A stretch of 63,833 bases of DNA, counting the filler, from Sluysia triapertura (Eukaryota), in the NCBI GenBank assembly GCA_046118255.1. It is 5 parts of 5 records of this genome, joined end to end, with 100 filler letters (N's around TTAATTAATTAA, not from the genome) between each part and the next. Parts side by side here need not be neighbours in the genome. Positions count along the whole stretch, not along the records: positions 1 to 15,150 come from JBJNIA010231899.1; positions 15,251 to 28,167 come from JBJNIA010072832.1; 3 more parts are not named here. One strand, given 5' to 3'. The position numbers were made by a program, and so were the translations under genes. The notes beneath the pieces were generated by a model, which saw only the letters and a list, made by a program, of their open reading frames with translations, was not told the origin of the DNA and searched no databases. This document shows positions 10,733 through 25,454 of the stretch, piece after piece. Positions within the stretch are counted from its first letter, which is position 1. Each line of letters starts with the position of its first letter.

Positions 10733-13700
10733 GCTTTAGCCTTAGTCTTCTACTAATAATAATAAGAATACAATAATTTAATGAAAAAACCAATAGCAAA
10801 AAATTTACTAAAAATAAGTAAAAAATCACTTATAAATTTTTTAGATATATTTGTTTATTTAATTTATCTTCTAAAATAACAAGAAGATTAAAAAAAATAA
10901 TCAAAATTTCAAATTAAATTAACGACTTGAATTCCCTAAAAATTTATCAGTATTATCAATTAAAAACAATTGTGATTCCCAAACAAAAAACATATCAATA
11001 AAAATGTTATAATCCTTCAAAAATGTAAAACTTATATAGGCCCAAAAGGGATAAACTCAAATTAAATTAATAATAAATTAAAATTAAAATCTTTACCCAA
11101 TAAAATTAAAGTATTACCAGTGCACAGATCTTATTTTTTTGAAATATTTTCTTCTGAAATTATTATTCCTAACCATTTCATTATATAGGTTATTTTCATC
11201 CAGTCATTTCTGAGTTTTATAATTCTCTCACACAAATTATTAGACCATTCTTTGAGAATCAAACAAACAATAATAACTTTGATAATTACATGGTAAATTA
11301 CGTGATAAATTGATTTATAATCATCTATTATTTTCTTCTACTCTACTTGATCTATTTTTATTTTAATTACTTCTCACATTAAAGTAACAATCATCAATAT
11401 TGTTAACATAAATAAAAATGATGAATTTAATTTTAGATTTTAGAATTTTACGTTTTTTATACTCAGCTTTCATATAAAGAATTGTTAAGGTTCTTATTCT
11501 CAAATAAACCACTCCACAGACATTTCAAACTCACTTCTTGATTCTTTTCGTCATAGCAATCATCTCGCATTCAATTCGTTATCTTTTCATCATTCGGAAT
11601 ATGAAAAATTCAACATTTCACAATTAATTAATTAAAATTTGACTTTGCTCAATATTGAGCCATTCCATTCATGAATTCGGTCAAACCATACCTTCATCGA
11701 AAAGTTTTTAAAACAAATAGATACACAGTTTCAAATTTAACATACCATTCCGCATTCAAACGTTCTTAACAAAACGTACTTTATCTTAAGTAAGTTAATT
11801 AAGATTTTAATTAATTAATCTATTTTTAGACTTAATCTTATTCTTATTTTTAAAGGTTTTATTAAGTTTCTAAAAGTGTTCACTACTCTATATGTTGCCT
11901 AGATGTTTTTACTTTCACCACTCTGATTTCTTTTTCCACTTTTTTTATGTTAATTACTACCATATGAAACTTATTTTTAATTTTAGCAACAGTGATTTTA
12001 TTTTTCAAATATTTTAAAAATTTCATTTACTTTATAAAGTTACTCAAAGGTTTTAAGATTATTTAAGATCTTAATTGATCTCAAGATTCAGAAGTTCAAA
12101 GGTACCATAATTCATTTAAAGGTTTTACAAGTCCGTCTCAAGTTCCCACAAGGTCTCACACCTTACATAGATCTTTGGAAATCAAAGGTATTATTATGCC
12201 GTAAAATGTTTACATAGAACATGATTCATATTCATAACATTCTATCTATCACTTTGTATCAATTCTTCCTTTATTTTGTGGTTCTCTGTTTTTCTCACTC
12301 GTTCCCTGATCGACATTTGAGAAATCCCAATAAGAATAGTAAAAATTATATGTGATAAAAAGCAATAATGTTAAAATAAATCATAAATCGAGTCTTTTGC
12401 ATCACCTGACTTATCCGAAGAACATGTATAAAATCAAGAAGAAATAGAAGAAATAAATGATTTATGTTTAAGTAAAAGAAAAATCGTGTGAAGTTTATGC
12501 AGATGTAAAGCTAAATAATAATTTTGGTGGGTTTTATGCTTAAGCTTCACTTACATTCCCAATAGAACAATTTAAAAAGTTCGCCTATGATCCTAGACTT
12601 ACTAAAATGGCTAAAGAGTTTAATTGATGTCGATTAATTTATTAAGACTATTCTCAGCTCAGAATTATGCAAAGGGTCTGCAGAAAACTTTAAAGAAATT
12701 TATGACGCTCTATATTCGCTTTCGAGCGAGATTATATGAAGTTTATAATTTAAGACTTAACGAATTGATTCATTTTCCGCTTTACAGCGAGATTAATTAC
12801 AACATTGATTTTGCGTAATATAAACAGCACATACAGGAAAATGTTGATTTTATTAATCGGTTTATACATCTAAAATATATTAAAATGTAAATTACGTGAT
12901 ATAACGTGACTAATATATACATAAATCCTAAAGCAATCAACGGTAATATTAAATAAAGTTTCCACTATTCAAAAGTAGAGTAATAAATTTAGATAGTGTC
13001 ACATTAATATAAACATGTTTTTTACAATGACTTATAATAAATTACTTTATATGTAATATTTGTAAAGTCACTTGGATATAATAATACTTTATAATAAATT
13101 ACTTTATCCGTATATTAAAAACAGAATTTATTCAAATTATTATTATAAAAATAATAATTCCAGTGTAATAACTTTAATCAAGATTTTATAATAATCAAAT
13201 TTAAATGTTATACAGAAAGATTCAATTAAATAAAGATTATGAGTCAATATTATTTCAATGTAAAAAACTGACGATTATAAAAAATAAATGTTTGTGGACG
13301 AAGTTGGGAATTGAACTAATGACCAGAAATTCAACAATTAAACAGAGATAAAATTGATTCATAAATTAATATATGATTTGAAATATTGAATTGTGTTTTC
13401 AATAACCATTTAATCGACTGAATAACTAATCGTACTATTTCGGCAGAATGATGACCTTTAAAGTTATAAGGTCTTGATGATTTAATTATTATGTTTAGTA
13501 CTTAAAAGTACTATTATGTAAAACTACAATTATTATTATTAAAATTATTTAAACATTTTAAACAATGTTCAAAAATTTTTTTGATTTCATAATTAAATTA
13601 TTTAAAACAATTTATAATAAAATATTTAAATTTAAACAATAAAATTATAATATATAAATTTAAATAATAATATCATTAAAAATAATATAAATAATACCTG

Positions 13701-13989
13701 TACATGTACAAAAATTATTCAAAATTAAGGTAGTTAGACCATCGCATAACACATCTTTCCAATATGGGAAAATTATTCCATAATTTTATTTCAAAATAAA
13801 AGAAACTATCACAATTCATCATAAAAAGTTGTAATCACCATTTGAGATCGAAATTACGTTCCTAATCTTTTTTTTAAATTCATAGATTCTTTTTAAATCC
13901 ATTATGTCGATTAAGATTAGTGTAAATTAAAAATGAAATATATATCGTTAATATTCTTTTTACCCTAATTAAACCCCGCTTTTGTTTCC

Positions 13990-14860
13990 AATTCACGTAA
14001 TAATTCTAATTGTATCAAGAGTCAACTGAATGGGTGCTTCTCCAATCACTTGTTTTCCTTATCTCCAGAATTATTTTCTGTGATTATGAATTACTTAGTT
14101 TCTTCAAATACTTTATTTCTCTTATTGCTCTTCGACGAATTTTGAAGAGTTCTTCGATTATTTATTATTGTATAAGCCGATGAATATTCAACCATCTTGC
14201 TGTGATTTCTCTATTACTCCTGTAAATATCAAATTTGCAGAGAATGTATTTTGTCTCTCTTTAACAAGACGCAAATGATTTTTACTTCATTAATCATGTG
14301 CTCAATATTAATGATAACTCACGGATTCTCCGATTGTATTTATTCCCTATTATAATACATTCATTTATCAGCAAACATAAGACCTTATATTCGCGTTAAG
14401 AATTTCCAGATATTGATAATATGTGTAGCATTTGAGTTGGTTTTTCTCCTGTTTAACTACTCGATACTTTGCGAGTAAGAACTTAATACTAATTCTTAGT
14501 ACCACAAACTTCTGCTGATCCTTTTATTATGACTAAACAAGTATTTAAAGTAATATGCTTATTTCTGTCTTAGTTTATCGAAATAGTTCGAAATTCCACT
14601 TTAATATATGATTTTGTAAGAAAAATGAATAATTTTCTTATTCCAAAATGTGTTGATTCTTACTGTTTTACCATTCTTTTATTTATTTTCTCCTTTATTA
14701 TTCTTTGTCTCTATCATCGACTTCCATCGACTTGCAATGGGACAACGATACAGTCCCGCGCAATAGCCATCTATATCAGATGCTATATTTCACAATTAAT
14801 TCCAAAAACCATCAACCTCACGTTTACCGATCGACATCGACAACTGAGAATGTAACTTCA
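13990..14860 (-). mobile_element. Highly decayed Gypsy pol remnant
   Basis: GSAEVCGTK resembles the ADVCxxKLREW motif of the same Gypsy group as 35536-37474. Weak protease-like segment near 14760-14820. Many stops. Confidence 0.35.
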
Positions 14861-15150
14861 CTGTGTCCAGCGCTGTTAACCTTTAAGAACTAGACGAGTA
14901 TGCGGGACTTCAACCCCATTGTGATAGATAAGATAACATATTTTGATTTCCACTATATTTTACAGTTTAAATTTTATAATAGTGATTATATAATAATGAA
15001 TAATATTTAATCCTTTTAATCTTTTTTATAATTTTAAGCTAATTAGAGGAGATTTTTTTAATGTCACAACTCTTTCCGAAATAAGAGTAATTAAATAATA
15101 TTATTACTAATTAAATAATAATTATAAAATTAATAACAATTTAAAATAAT

Positions 15151-15250
15151 NNNNNNNNNNNNNNNNNNNNNNNNNNNNNNNNNNNNNNNNNNNNTTAATT
15201 AATTAANNNNNNNNNNNNNNNNNNNNNNNNNNNNNNNNNNNNNNNNNNNN
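15151..15250. other. Assembly spacer (44N-TTAATTAATTAA-44N)
   Basis: Identical 100-nt structure occurs four times; the 12-mer gives stops in all six frames. Confidence 0.98.
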
Positions 15251-15270
15251 ATATATATGTAAAACATTTT

Positions 15271-16522
15271 TCAATAAGAAAACCATTTACTTTCATGCAC
15301 GTTTTTGTGACTTATAATTTGAAAATAAATGTATTTATTTTGTGTTTTAAGTTGTGATTTTAGTATTGTTTGATGATGAAATATTAAAGTTGACTGATAA
15401 CAATTTGGTATGATTAGGTTTTGAAACGTTAATTTTAACTGATAACAATTTGCTTGATTAAGAGACATTCATATAATTCTTATTTGTAGCATTAAATCTA
15501 AATTCGTTACGAATATAATGTTTTCAAATTCTATTTAGGTTTATTATCAACAATTTAATAAAATTAATCAAAAAGACATTAATAGCTATAATTATTTCTT
15601 TATTTTTAATTATAACAAAAGGTTTGAATTTATTTGTTATTGTTATATCCTCGCTTACGTTACTCAGCCTTCCCCAAGAATTATCATCTAAAATAAAATG
15701 AAAATTTAAGTTGTATACAAGGTAAACAAAAGAAATAATTACATTATAAGGATACTGTAAGGCTTGTAACGTCCACGCGATAATATTTTGGTCTCCAAAC
15801 CACAAGCGGTCTGTGCATCTAACCTCATCAGAATTCACTTTGACATTATTTTGGAATAAATAGCTTTTTAATAGAGCATAAACATCTTTTGTATCGGGCT
15901 TGGATAATTTTCGCATAAGTTTTGTATTAATATTATACAATTCATAAGTCGTGATGTAATCTTCGCATATGCAAATACTCATACAAGTACTCATACAAAC
16001 GTTTGTATAATCATCACTAATCACATCACCATAATCCACAATTTTATTTAATTTATCTGTTTTTGACCTTTTAAAGACGATGTTTATAATTTAAAACATT
16101 TGGTAAATCCAATAACTTGAGAACATCTCTGAAAATTCGATCAATTAATGTAAAAATAAAATCAAAAATCATGTTATCATTGACAAGATGGATGAGATAA
16201 CTCATCACATGATGAGTAGAATCACTACGAATATTTATTTCTTCTTTCGTATTTAACACAAAATAAGGTAAGTGATCGCAAAACGTTATTGTTGAAAAGA
16301 TGTAAAATAGCTGAATAAAACTGTAACATGTAGTAGAACATTATCTTGTGCTACAAATTTTAAATTATCTTTACTATAAGGAGTCATCAACATAATAAAT
16401 GAAATGGCGATACTCTCGTTAATACGATCGTAGCCTTTCAGAAAATCAATTAAAAGAATCGTAGATTCATTCATATTATTCATTTGATTTAATGTAGTAT
16501 TACTTTTTCTCTTTTTAAACAT
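15271..16522 (-). pseudogene. Unknown protein-coding gene, apparently disrupted
   Basis: Chain of co-oriented ORFs (16286-16522, 16071-16259, 15524-16039, 15271-15468) with globular-like composition and a probable small intron near 15688-15740. No family recognised. Confidence 0.45.
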
Positions 16523-16984
16523 ATACTCTAAAAGTAAATGAGCATCGGAAAATATAATATATCTTGTTAAAACGATCGCTATTATCGACTGAACTTGTTC
16601 TTTAAAAAATAATAACGCTTACTATATGTATACATTGGATCCAATGATAGAAAATTATAAATTTGAAACAAACTTTTTATCCATTCTAAAACTGGAACTA
16701 TGTATCCTGAATTGCGTACGAGAATTGAATAACCTCGTTCTATACACTCAAAATTGACACATTTTAATCATGCATATAAGTTACTAATTAATAAACTAAA
16801 TAGATTACTGCTATTCTCAGTTGATACTAAAGAAAACTTCATTAAGATATCGGATATTTGGCAATTAGAATCATATTGCGCTCCAAATAGCTTTTTAATT
16901 TCATTTACTGATTGACGAAATAAAATTAAAAATCTTTAAGTGAATGTGAAGGAGATAAATTATAGTACACTCTTAGTATATTCG

Positions 16985-17369
16985 AAAGGTTATGTTGATA
17001 ATGTTGATAATGTGATTTGATCTTTTTCTATTTTTAAGTGGTATTGTCTTTTGTGCTGTTAGTGATTATGTGATAACAAATGATTAATTTAAAATGTTGA
17101 AATTGTTCGAAGGTGTCGGGTGGCTAATTACGAATGTGGTTGTAGTTTGATTGTTATGAATATCGAGTAACATATTTTTGATGGATCTGTTGATGTAAAT
17201 TGATGGTATTGGATGTAAGTGTGGTTTGTATGTTATGAGACTGTAGATACGACTTAATTTTGCAGATGAACCGTTTTAGTGAGTGTAGAGCAGATAGATA
17301 TGTGAATATTAGAGTGTTACAGGATTATTTTTTTATAAAATTTAATAATATTAAAGGTTGACTACCACA
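16985..17369 (+). mobile_element. Solo-LTR-like element, copy C
   Basis: Homologous to copy A over about 350 nt; ends ATTAAAGGTTGACTACCACA. Confidence 0.65.
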
Positions 17370-20300
17370 GTAAGTCAAAGTTGTTTTAAGATATAATAAT
17401 TAACTTGTTTAAGCAAAGCTATTGTGCAATAAAACACTGTTTTACAATAAAATAAAATTGTTATAAATTAAGATAAAGTTTTGATACAGCGAAACAAAGT
17501 CTCAAAGATAAAGCTTAACCGCACGAATTTGATCAAGGCATAGTTACCTAACAAGAGCTTAAATAAATATAATTATAAGAATAAATTAGTTGCAAGCACT
17601 TCCATCTCGAGTACAAGACTCACGACGTCACAGATAAATATTTTAAATAAGACTTTTAAGCAGTATAACTGAATTAATATCGGTGAACAATTGTAGATAC
17701 TCAAGAGAGTCAACCTAAAGTACGTTCTGACACATTATATACGTACTTACAAACTTTAATTATAATATTTACAAAATAATTCAAGATTGTATTTATAGGT
17801 ATTGTAGAGATGTATAATTTTATTTTTACTTTTAATCTGTTTCAATGTTCTGGTAATAATTGCAATGATCATATTCTTACAAAAACATTCATTTTGTTCT
17901 ATTAATTGACACTGTGCTATTAATTTTAGAATTTAGACTTGTATACACAACATATATTGTAAGGTTGATATTTTCATTAATCTGTTTAAACATTTTAAAT
18001 TTGATTCTAATCAAATGTTGTTCAAGGGGACAGTTAGAGTTTATTTCAACTCAAACACCGTATCCATAATCACATAACGAATTTATTTGAATTTTTATAA
18101 TATTTGTACTCTACTAATTTATTCAATAGTGTTTAAATAATAAGGGCAATGTTAGCCATAATTAATTTACTCAAACTTAAAAAAATATCCTTATTTTTAC
18201 ATCGTTTTATTTCATTTGTAAGTTTAAAACTAAAATATTTGGGCATTAATTAAAATATGATTGTAGGTTTTTTTATCGTTCTGCATCATATCATATTTCA
18301 TATGGACTGATTAAATGATATTTTATTGATTTTTTTACACATTATTCCATATTTCAAATTACAATTGTAAGCAGAAAAATCACCCCTTTGATGCAAAATA
18401 ACAAATACAGTAATAAAAAATGTAATGAATATTTAAAGTTAACATAATACGAGTAAACATTTATGATTATATTAAAGTAATCAAAAGTACTCACGCTATA
18501 TTTTCGAAAAAAATTGTTAGATTAAGGTCATACAAATATTTTGATTATTTTAATTATCTCAAATTGTTTGTAATATCTATTAATTTTATCTCCTATTAAA
18601 AAGATCAATTGGAAGTTTCCAGAACATTTATAGCTCGGAAAGTGGCTTTTAACTTGTTTAAGAATTAATTTCAAATCTGCACAGATTTAAAATTGAGTTT
18701 TAATAAAAATTTTACCCAGCAAGTAATTATAATCTAATTGAGCATGGAAGACATAATATCGTCGATTAATCTTTAAGACATACCTTTTTGAAATGGATAA
18801 CTCAAAATTTCACCTCAAAAAATTTCACTATTCGGAAATTTACGTGATTTTGTTCTATATATAGTTTCCTTGCACAATATAATCGATAAATTGAGAATAT
18901 CGATTTCATCTTTAAGTTCTTTGAGAATAGTTTGATCAACATATTCAACATTAACTTTAATGAGTTATAATATATCTGATTTATTTTGCAATGACCGAAA
19001 CAACATACAGAATGAATTATTATACCACTCAAATAATAAGATTTACTAATATGTGATGCAGATGATGATTGTTGATTATTAAATTTATGGAATTTATATG
19101 ATTTATTATTATTCATTATGTTAATTATTAATCTCTTAACTTTGTTATAGAAGATTTTATCATCTCCGCTAATGAAAAGGTTACTTCTGTGCTAATGTAC
19201 TTAAATAATTTATTATTATTCTCAAAGTTTACATTAAGAATACAAAGATAATGAAAACAGTTTTTATTTTTGTTACAAATTAAGATATAAAAGGAGGCTT
19301 ACAATCAAATAATCTGCATATCAATTTTGGATTACCTTGAATAAAATTTTCAGTCACTAAGATAAATTTACTAACATTGGTCAGTATTAGTGAACTTGAA
19401 TGATTTCCATTTAAGTCATCAGAACAGCAACATTGTTAAGTTTTCCGACACTCCATGACATTTTGTAGTACCAAAAGTACTCGATGCAACTAGTCATAAG
19501 AAAGACTCAAACCTGATGAGTACCTGACGAATTGGACCACGCCATTAATTCCTCCTTGTATTGAAGACGTGCAGATAGAAGACAAAAGAGAAAAGATATT
19601 GTTTTTACTTGTGATTTCAAATGTTATATTATTCGGAAGATAATGGTGATTAGCCTTCATAACATCATAGCATTTTATTAACAAAATTTCAATTTAAAAA
19701 GATTAAAAACATAACATCTATAATTACTAATAAAAAAAGAATTAACACATCTGTAGATTCGTGCACACACGATTAAAAATTAAGTTGTCGACTAAATAAT
19801 AGAACTTGATATTACTCCGAGCTCGATTAATGTACGACTCGCAAAATACGCAATCACAAGTAACAATAACATAGTGAGCATTCTCAACATAGAACCATGA
19901 ACATAGAATGTGTAGCTTTAACACGCTAGGCCAAACATGCATGAGAGTGATTTCCAAATTTAAACAATTTAAACTATTCGTAAATTCATTCAATTTTGAC
20001 TTCCTATGTTGAAAACTTTTAACCTTAACTTTCGAATCGTATTCTTTGAATGGAACCTCGAGTAATTGTTAACTTGCTCCATTTTAATAAAATTTTTTTA
20101 TTCAGGTTTATCTTCAGACCTAAACACTCTAATTAAAAGCAATGGACATTTTTAGTTTATTATTATTTTGAGAAATTTATCTTGCTGATATAAAGAATTA
20201 GATAGACTAAATAATCATTACTATTATTTTCTAAAATTTTAAATTTTTTAAATTAAATTTTAATTATGGCTTAAAGCCTGGTTTTTTAACGGAGCAATTG

Positions 20301-21579
20301 ACCCAAACAAACAATAATAAACTGAAACATATTTACAAAAACAATAAAACTACTTGACCTAACTAAATTCCTGAATGAAATTTTGCTTTCATCATGAATA
20401 AAAAAATGTTACGATTAATTTTATTTGCCATGTATTTGACTTAAAATCTTCGCATAATAATTGGAAACTTAATAATAATAGTTGAACTTAATTACTTTGA
20501 GTTACTTGGCTACGTGAATTTTTTTATAAAAGAAATTTGATTACATACAAATAACACAGATAAATATGTATCAAATTTCCTGCTAATTTGGTCGGAATTT
20601 CTGTGATCAAATTAATATTTGTCCTGCAAAATTTGCCGAATATCGTTTAGTAATTCTGGATAAACTAAGTTGATTAATAAAATTACATTGATAGCGATGA
20701 TCCTAATTTATCGCGAGAAGTTGATTTCAATTAAATAAGTGCATTATTATACAAAAATTTAGAATTATATATTGTTGTTTAATGCTATAGTTTAGGATAG
20801 TTTATAGAATCCATAATGCATTGATTTTTTAATTTCCTTTGAATTATTTTACATATTATTTGTAATTTAATATGAAATTTCTACATTTTTATTACTATTT
20901 AAATGAGAAAAGATATATTGTAATGGATTTTTTTACTCTTTGTACATTTTTATTACAATTTCTGAAATTATCTAAATTAATTAATTGTGAACTTCGATCT
21001 TTCGATGATACTGATGATAATTAAATAATAACTTCTGCTTAGTATTCTTTCTCATTTGATTTACCACATTGGTAAAATATATCTGTTTTCATTTTACGAC
21101 GATTAACTTCTATTTCATCGATTTATTTTAGACAAACTTCTTACTGTTATATTTCATACATTACTATTCCACTAATCATAAAAAGAAATATACCAATTTC
21201 ACTAAAAGCAGATCGAAATAATCCAAATAATGTAATGCCAAATACGAAACATATGCCACCATTTGAGAGAATAAGCCATGATATTTAATAGCAAATTGAG
21301 AACAAAAATGATCTCATACTCAACAGTTGAATTATTATGAATAAATAAATTTATTGTGTTTAAACCATCAACTTTTAACGAAAATGCAATATAAATTCAT
21401 CACTATATTGCAGATAAACATAAAAGTAATATAAAAATATGTACAAAGAAACAAAAATGAGAATAAGAGTGATAAAAGATAATAAGGAAATGATAGTGAC
21501 GCTACATAAAAGAACTATGACGAAGCAATAATAACAATAGAAGTCAAGTAACAATACAACAATTCTTTAATTTTGTAAA

Positions 21580-22124
21580 TTTTAGATTATGAAGAAATTT
21601 GAAATGTGTATAACTAAGTGTAAATGTAAGTAACATGTTAAAACATATTACTGGTATTTCGACTGTTGTGTGTGATTTGTTAAGTTTTTAAGTGGCTTAA
21701 TTTGTTTATGATGATTGCGTGTTGGAATTGAATTCACCACAATTATTAATGTCATAATGATGATGGCACGATCATTGAATTACACTGAATTTAAATATGT
21801 GGTCTAAACGATGTGATATATGAAACTTTTTCAAGAAAATTAAAATGATAATTATCAAATTTCTGCCTTGATTTCGTTGAATGAGTTTAATTTCCAATAT
21901 GTACTTGGATATGTATTTAGATATAATTGAAATTATGTAACTGAGGTTTAGAATGTATGAAAAGAGTATGAAAGATGTCACGTTAGCTGAAAGGTATGAT
22001 GTAAAAAAGATTGAGAGAATTTATATATAATTTGTAATTGATGGGTTGTTGTTATTATGGTATTGAAAGTAATATTTTGTGATTTTTGCAGGTGATAAAA
22101 CTGTAAGTTATAGTGAGCCACCAT
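21580..22124 (+). mobile_element. Solo-LTR-like element, copy D (possibly two nested pieces)
   Basis: G/T-rich. Internal AAGTGGCTTAATTTG and TTCACCACA at about 21740; ends GTGAGCCACCATA. Confidence 0.5.
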
Positions 22125-22559
22125 ATTTGATATTAAACATTAAAAGATAATACATTTGTTGAGGTACAGACCAAAAGTGACATCTAGAACAATGATACTA
22201 TAATTGACTTTTTAATTAGAAGTTTTACCGAATCCTTTGATTAAATTATAAACAAATAATTCAATATCATAATATGGATTATTATCGATTATTATTTTAA
22301 GGCGCAAAATGGAAAAAGATTAGTATTTGAATAACGTAATATGCAAAACAATTTATATCATTTTAAAAATGTATTTATTTCTTAACCTCAATGGATACCT
22401 AACTTTTTAAAAATTTAAATTATCCAATCGAAAGATTTAAATTAATTTACCAATAAAACATAATTAAATTATATTAAATAATAAAATGTTACTTCTGGTA
22501 AATTAGAATTTAACATTAAATTGATAATTTCTTGTAAACCATTTTCAGTACAATTTTCA

Positions 22560-23050
22560 AAATAATTCTTCATATTAGCAATATTCTCAGAAAGAACGAT
22601 TTTATTTCTTCCACAACTGCTACTTTGACTAGAAGAATACTGTTTTGAATTACGATATTTCTTTTGCCAATAACATAAGCCAGAACATAATTGGTGTGAC
22701 TTTTCAGCTTCATCAAATTGAAATCGGCAAACTAGAAATAACGTATAATGTTATTAAGTAATCATGGAACGTATAATATTTGGAAAGTATCATATTATAC
22801 ATTGTGAACTATAAAATATCTAAAACTGATATTCCAAAAGTTTGGATACAAAATTCAATAAATAATGTTATAGTTGAAAATAAATACGTATGAAAATGAC
22901 AAGATGAACAAATGTGATAGAACTTATAAGAACGACAAGAAAATGACAAAATATTTCCAATCAATATGATGTGGCTTTTCTTAATCTTCATCTACGGCAA
23001 AATAATTTTTAGCAGAGTTTGATTAAGACGTGTATTAGGCGTTCCTGTAA
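22560..23050 (-). pseudogene. Possible class A GPCR relic
   Basis: HIILIGNILSF(L)VV resembles TM1 GN; IRSMIT..ITLYVISSLPISI resembles TM6. Frameshifts and stops; far shorter than a full 7TM gene. Confidence 0.35.
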
Positions 23051-23906
23051 CTATAAAATGACAAATCATGAAGTGTAATGTTTAACCTCTTAAATATACC
23101 TAACTTAAGTATATTTGTTTTTTCTCGCAGATCTAATATAATAGTGTTAATTAATATAATTATTCCTCAGAAGTTAATTTAATTACTTTTAGTTTCTACC
23201 GATAACTAAAGGATCTTAAAAATTTTCTCAATTATTTACCAATTTAGTCACAAAACAGTCTTTAAAACAGAACACAAATTATCAATTAAATTAATGAAAT
23301 CTTTACGAACGAGAAAAGTTCTTGACAATAATAAAATTAAAACCACAAAGATATTTAATTTAAATTAATCGGATTTTAATTGCAAATTTTCCCCTCGATA
23401 ATTCGCGCGTGTGAAAACTGTACTTAAATTTAATAAAATTTTTATCAGAAGGTTCTTTCACGAATTTCTGGATGAATAATTGCATACGAAATTGAATAGG
23501 TTATTAAATAGAATGGAAAATGAGGACCCGTGCATAGGTAGGTAATTGTAAACAAAGAGTATTATAGTTTTATTAGTGATAGGAAATAATGTTATTGAAG
23601 TCGTAGTTAGACTTAGAAAACAATATGACTCATAGTATCTAGACGTTGTGAATTAGAAGTTGTCATAAAAGGATTACATTTATACATAAATTGGAAAGTA
23701 ATTATCCTACAATACGTGGAATGATATCAAATCGTAAATATAAGTTTTAATAAAAAGTGAATACATTTCTAGAAGAGTAATAAAGCAGATGAATTAAGTA
23801 GAATTCAAAAAAAGTATTTGTGTATCATTGAAATATGAAATGTTAGTTTCGTATCAGCTATATTTTAAAATTCTATTTCTTCCAGAAGTGTTACATCGAG
23901 CGAAAC

Positions 23907-25454
23907 TAAGGTGACCAGATTTTTAGAAGGGCAAAAGGGGACAACTCTGAAGGAGGGGGAAGTATCAACAAAAAGTTTCATACAGAATAAAAATAATATC
24001 GTAATATTTTTTTATTTTTAACATAAAACTTACCTTAATTTTCTATAGTAAGTAGCAGATTTGTAATACTTATCTGTTTAATTAGCTTGCTAGCACGCAG
24101 TACGAACACGAAGTGTATTGTAACATAACATAATAATTAATGTAATATATTTTAACTTTTAATTAATTTTAATTAATTTAATATTTAAACATAATATGAT
24201 AAATTGTAACAAAATACAATGTAATATATTTTAACTAATTAATAATTAATAATTATATTTTAAATTTAAAAAAAGGAACAATTGATATTATTGCTAATAT
24301 TGTTATTATTATTATTATCACTATTGTTTGATTATAAAATGAACTATGTTTATATTTAAATTAGAATTATTATTCAATTAAAGCTATTATGTATTTATTA
24401 TTTGTCCAATTAAAATTATGTATTTATGTACAGACATTCATAATTAAGTATTCAAATGTATATTGCAATTACTATAACATTAACTATTGTAAATTAATTA
24501 AATCATTGTTCATACAAAATTAATTATCGGATTTACTATTACTATCGTCACAAAAATTACAACAAAACAAAAAAAGAAGATACTTTTTGATAAAAAAGAA
24601 TTTTAATAAAGAAACCAAATTTTTATCAATTTATCGTTTTCTGCTATCAAGCAAAGAAGCTGAATTTGAGAAATTCGAATTAACTAATTATATCCTGTTG
24701 CTGAGTAAAGAAACTGAAATTTTATTAGTGTTAGTGGTTAATATTAATTGTTCCTTATTATTTCTTTTATAAAACGACTATATTAAAATTATAATTGTAT
24801 ATGCTAAAATTCTTTTCATATTCAGTTTGTATTAATTCGTTTTACATTATATTTTAAATAAACTATTTAATTTTATTGTCTTTGTTATTTATTAATTCGA
24901 GAGTAGGGTCCTAAAATAAACATTTTTATTACAGTCGAATATAGATTAGAGTATAATCGTGTAACTATTAATAATACATTATTAAGCGCTTCTATCATGA
25001 ACAGCAAAGACGAGTATACTGATTCATACCTCCAGTTGAGTTCAAAATATAAAGTGATAGTATTAATTGAAAAGTTTTAAATAATTATAAATAGAGATTT
25101 GAATTAATAATATAGAGCAAGGATTTTTAGGGTATAAAATAGTATCCAGACATAGTTAAATTTGCTAAAGAATTAATAAAATAAAGAGACAACGTATAAT
25201 GTTTCAAAGACTTAGAAGAAGTCAAAATAAATTTTTACATTAACAAATACATAAAAACTAAAAAATAAAAAATTTATTACAGTATCATCTGAGAGACAAA
25301 CACAATGTAACTGGATAGCAAAAGCAATGATTTTCATAAATATAAAATTTAACTTAATTTTAAAAGTCGGGACTTTTGAAAAACGACGCGAGACGCGGAA
25401 CAAATTGTGAAAATTGGGACACTCCCACCAAAAGCGGGACGTCTGGTCATCTTA
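23907..25454. mobile_element. Non-autonomous hAT (Blackjack-like) DNA transposon, 1548 bp
   Basis: TIRs TAAGGTGACCAGA / TCTGGTCATCTTA, perfect 8-bp TSD AGCGAAAC (23899-23906 and 25455-25462), and subterminal GGGAC repeats. Confidence 0.93.

Noticed and set aside
15195-15206. TTAATTAATTAA palindrome repeated four times inside N runs
   Set aside because: Artificial six-frame-stop contig linker, not biology.
19400-20082. Two-exon coding-like relic on the minus strand
   Set aside because: Multiple stops and no recognisable family.
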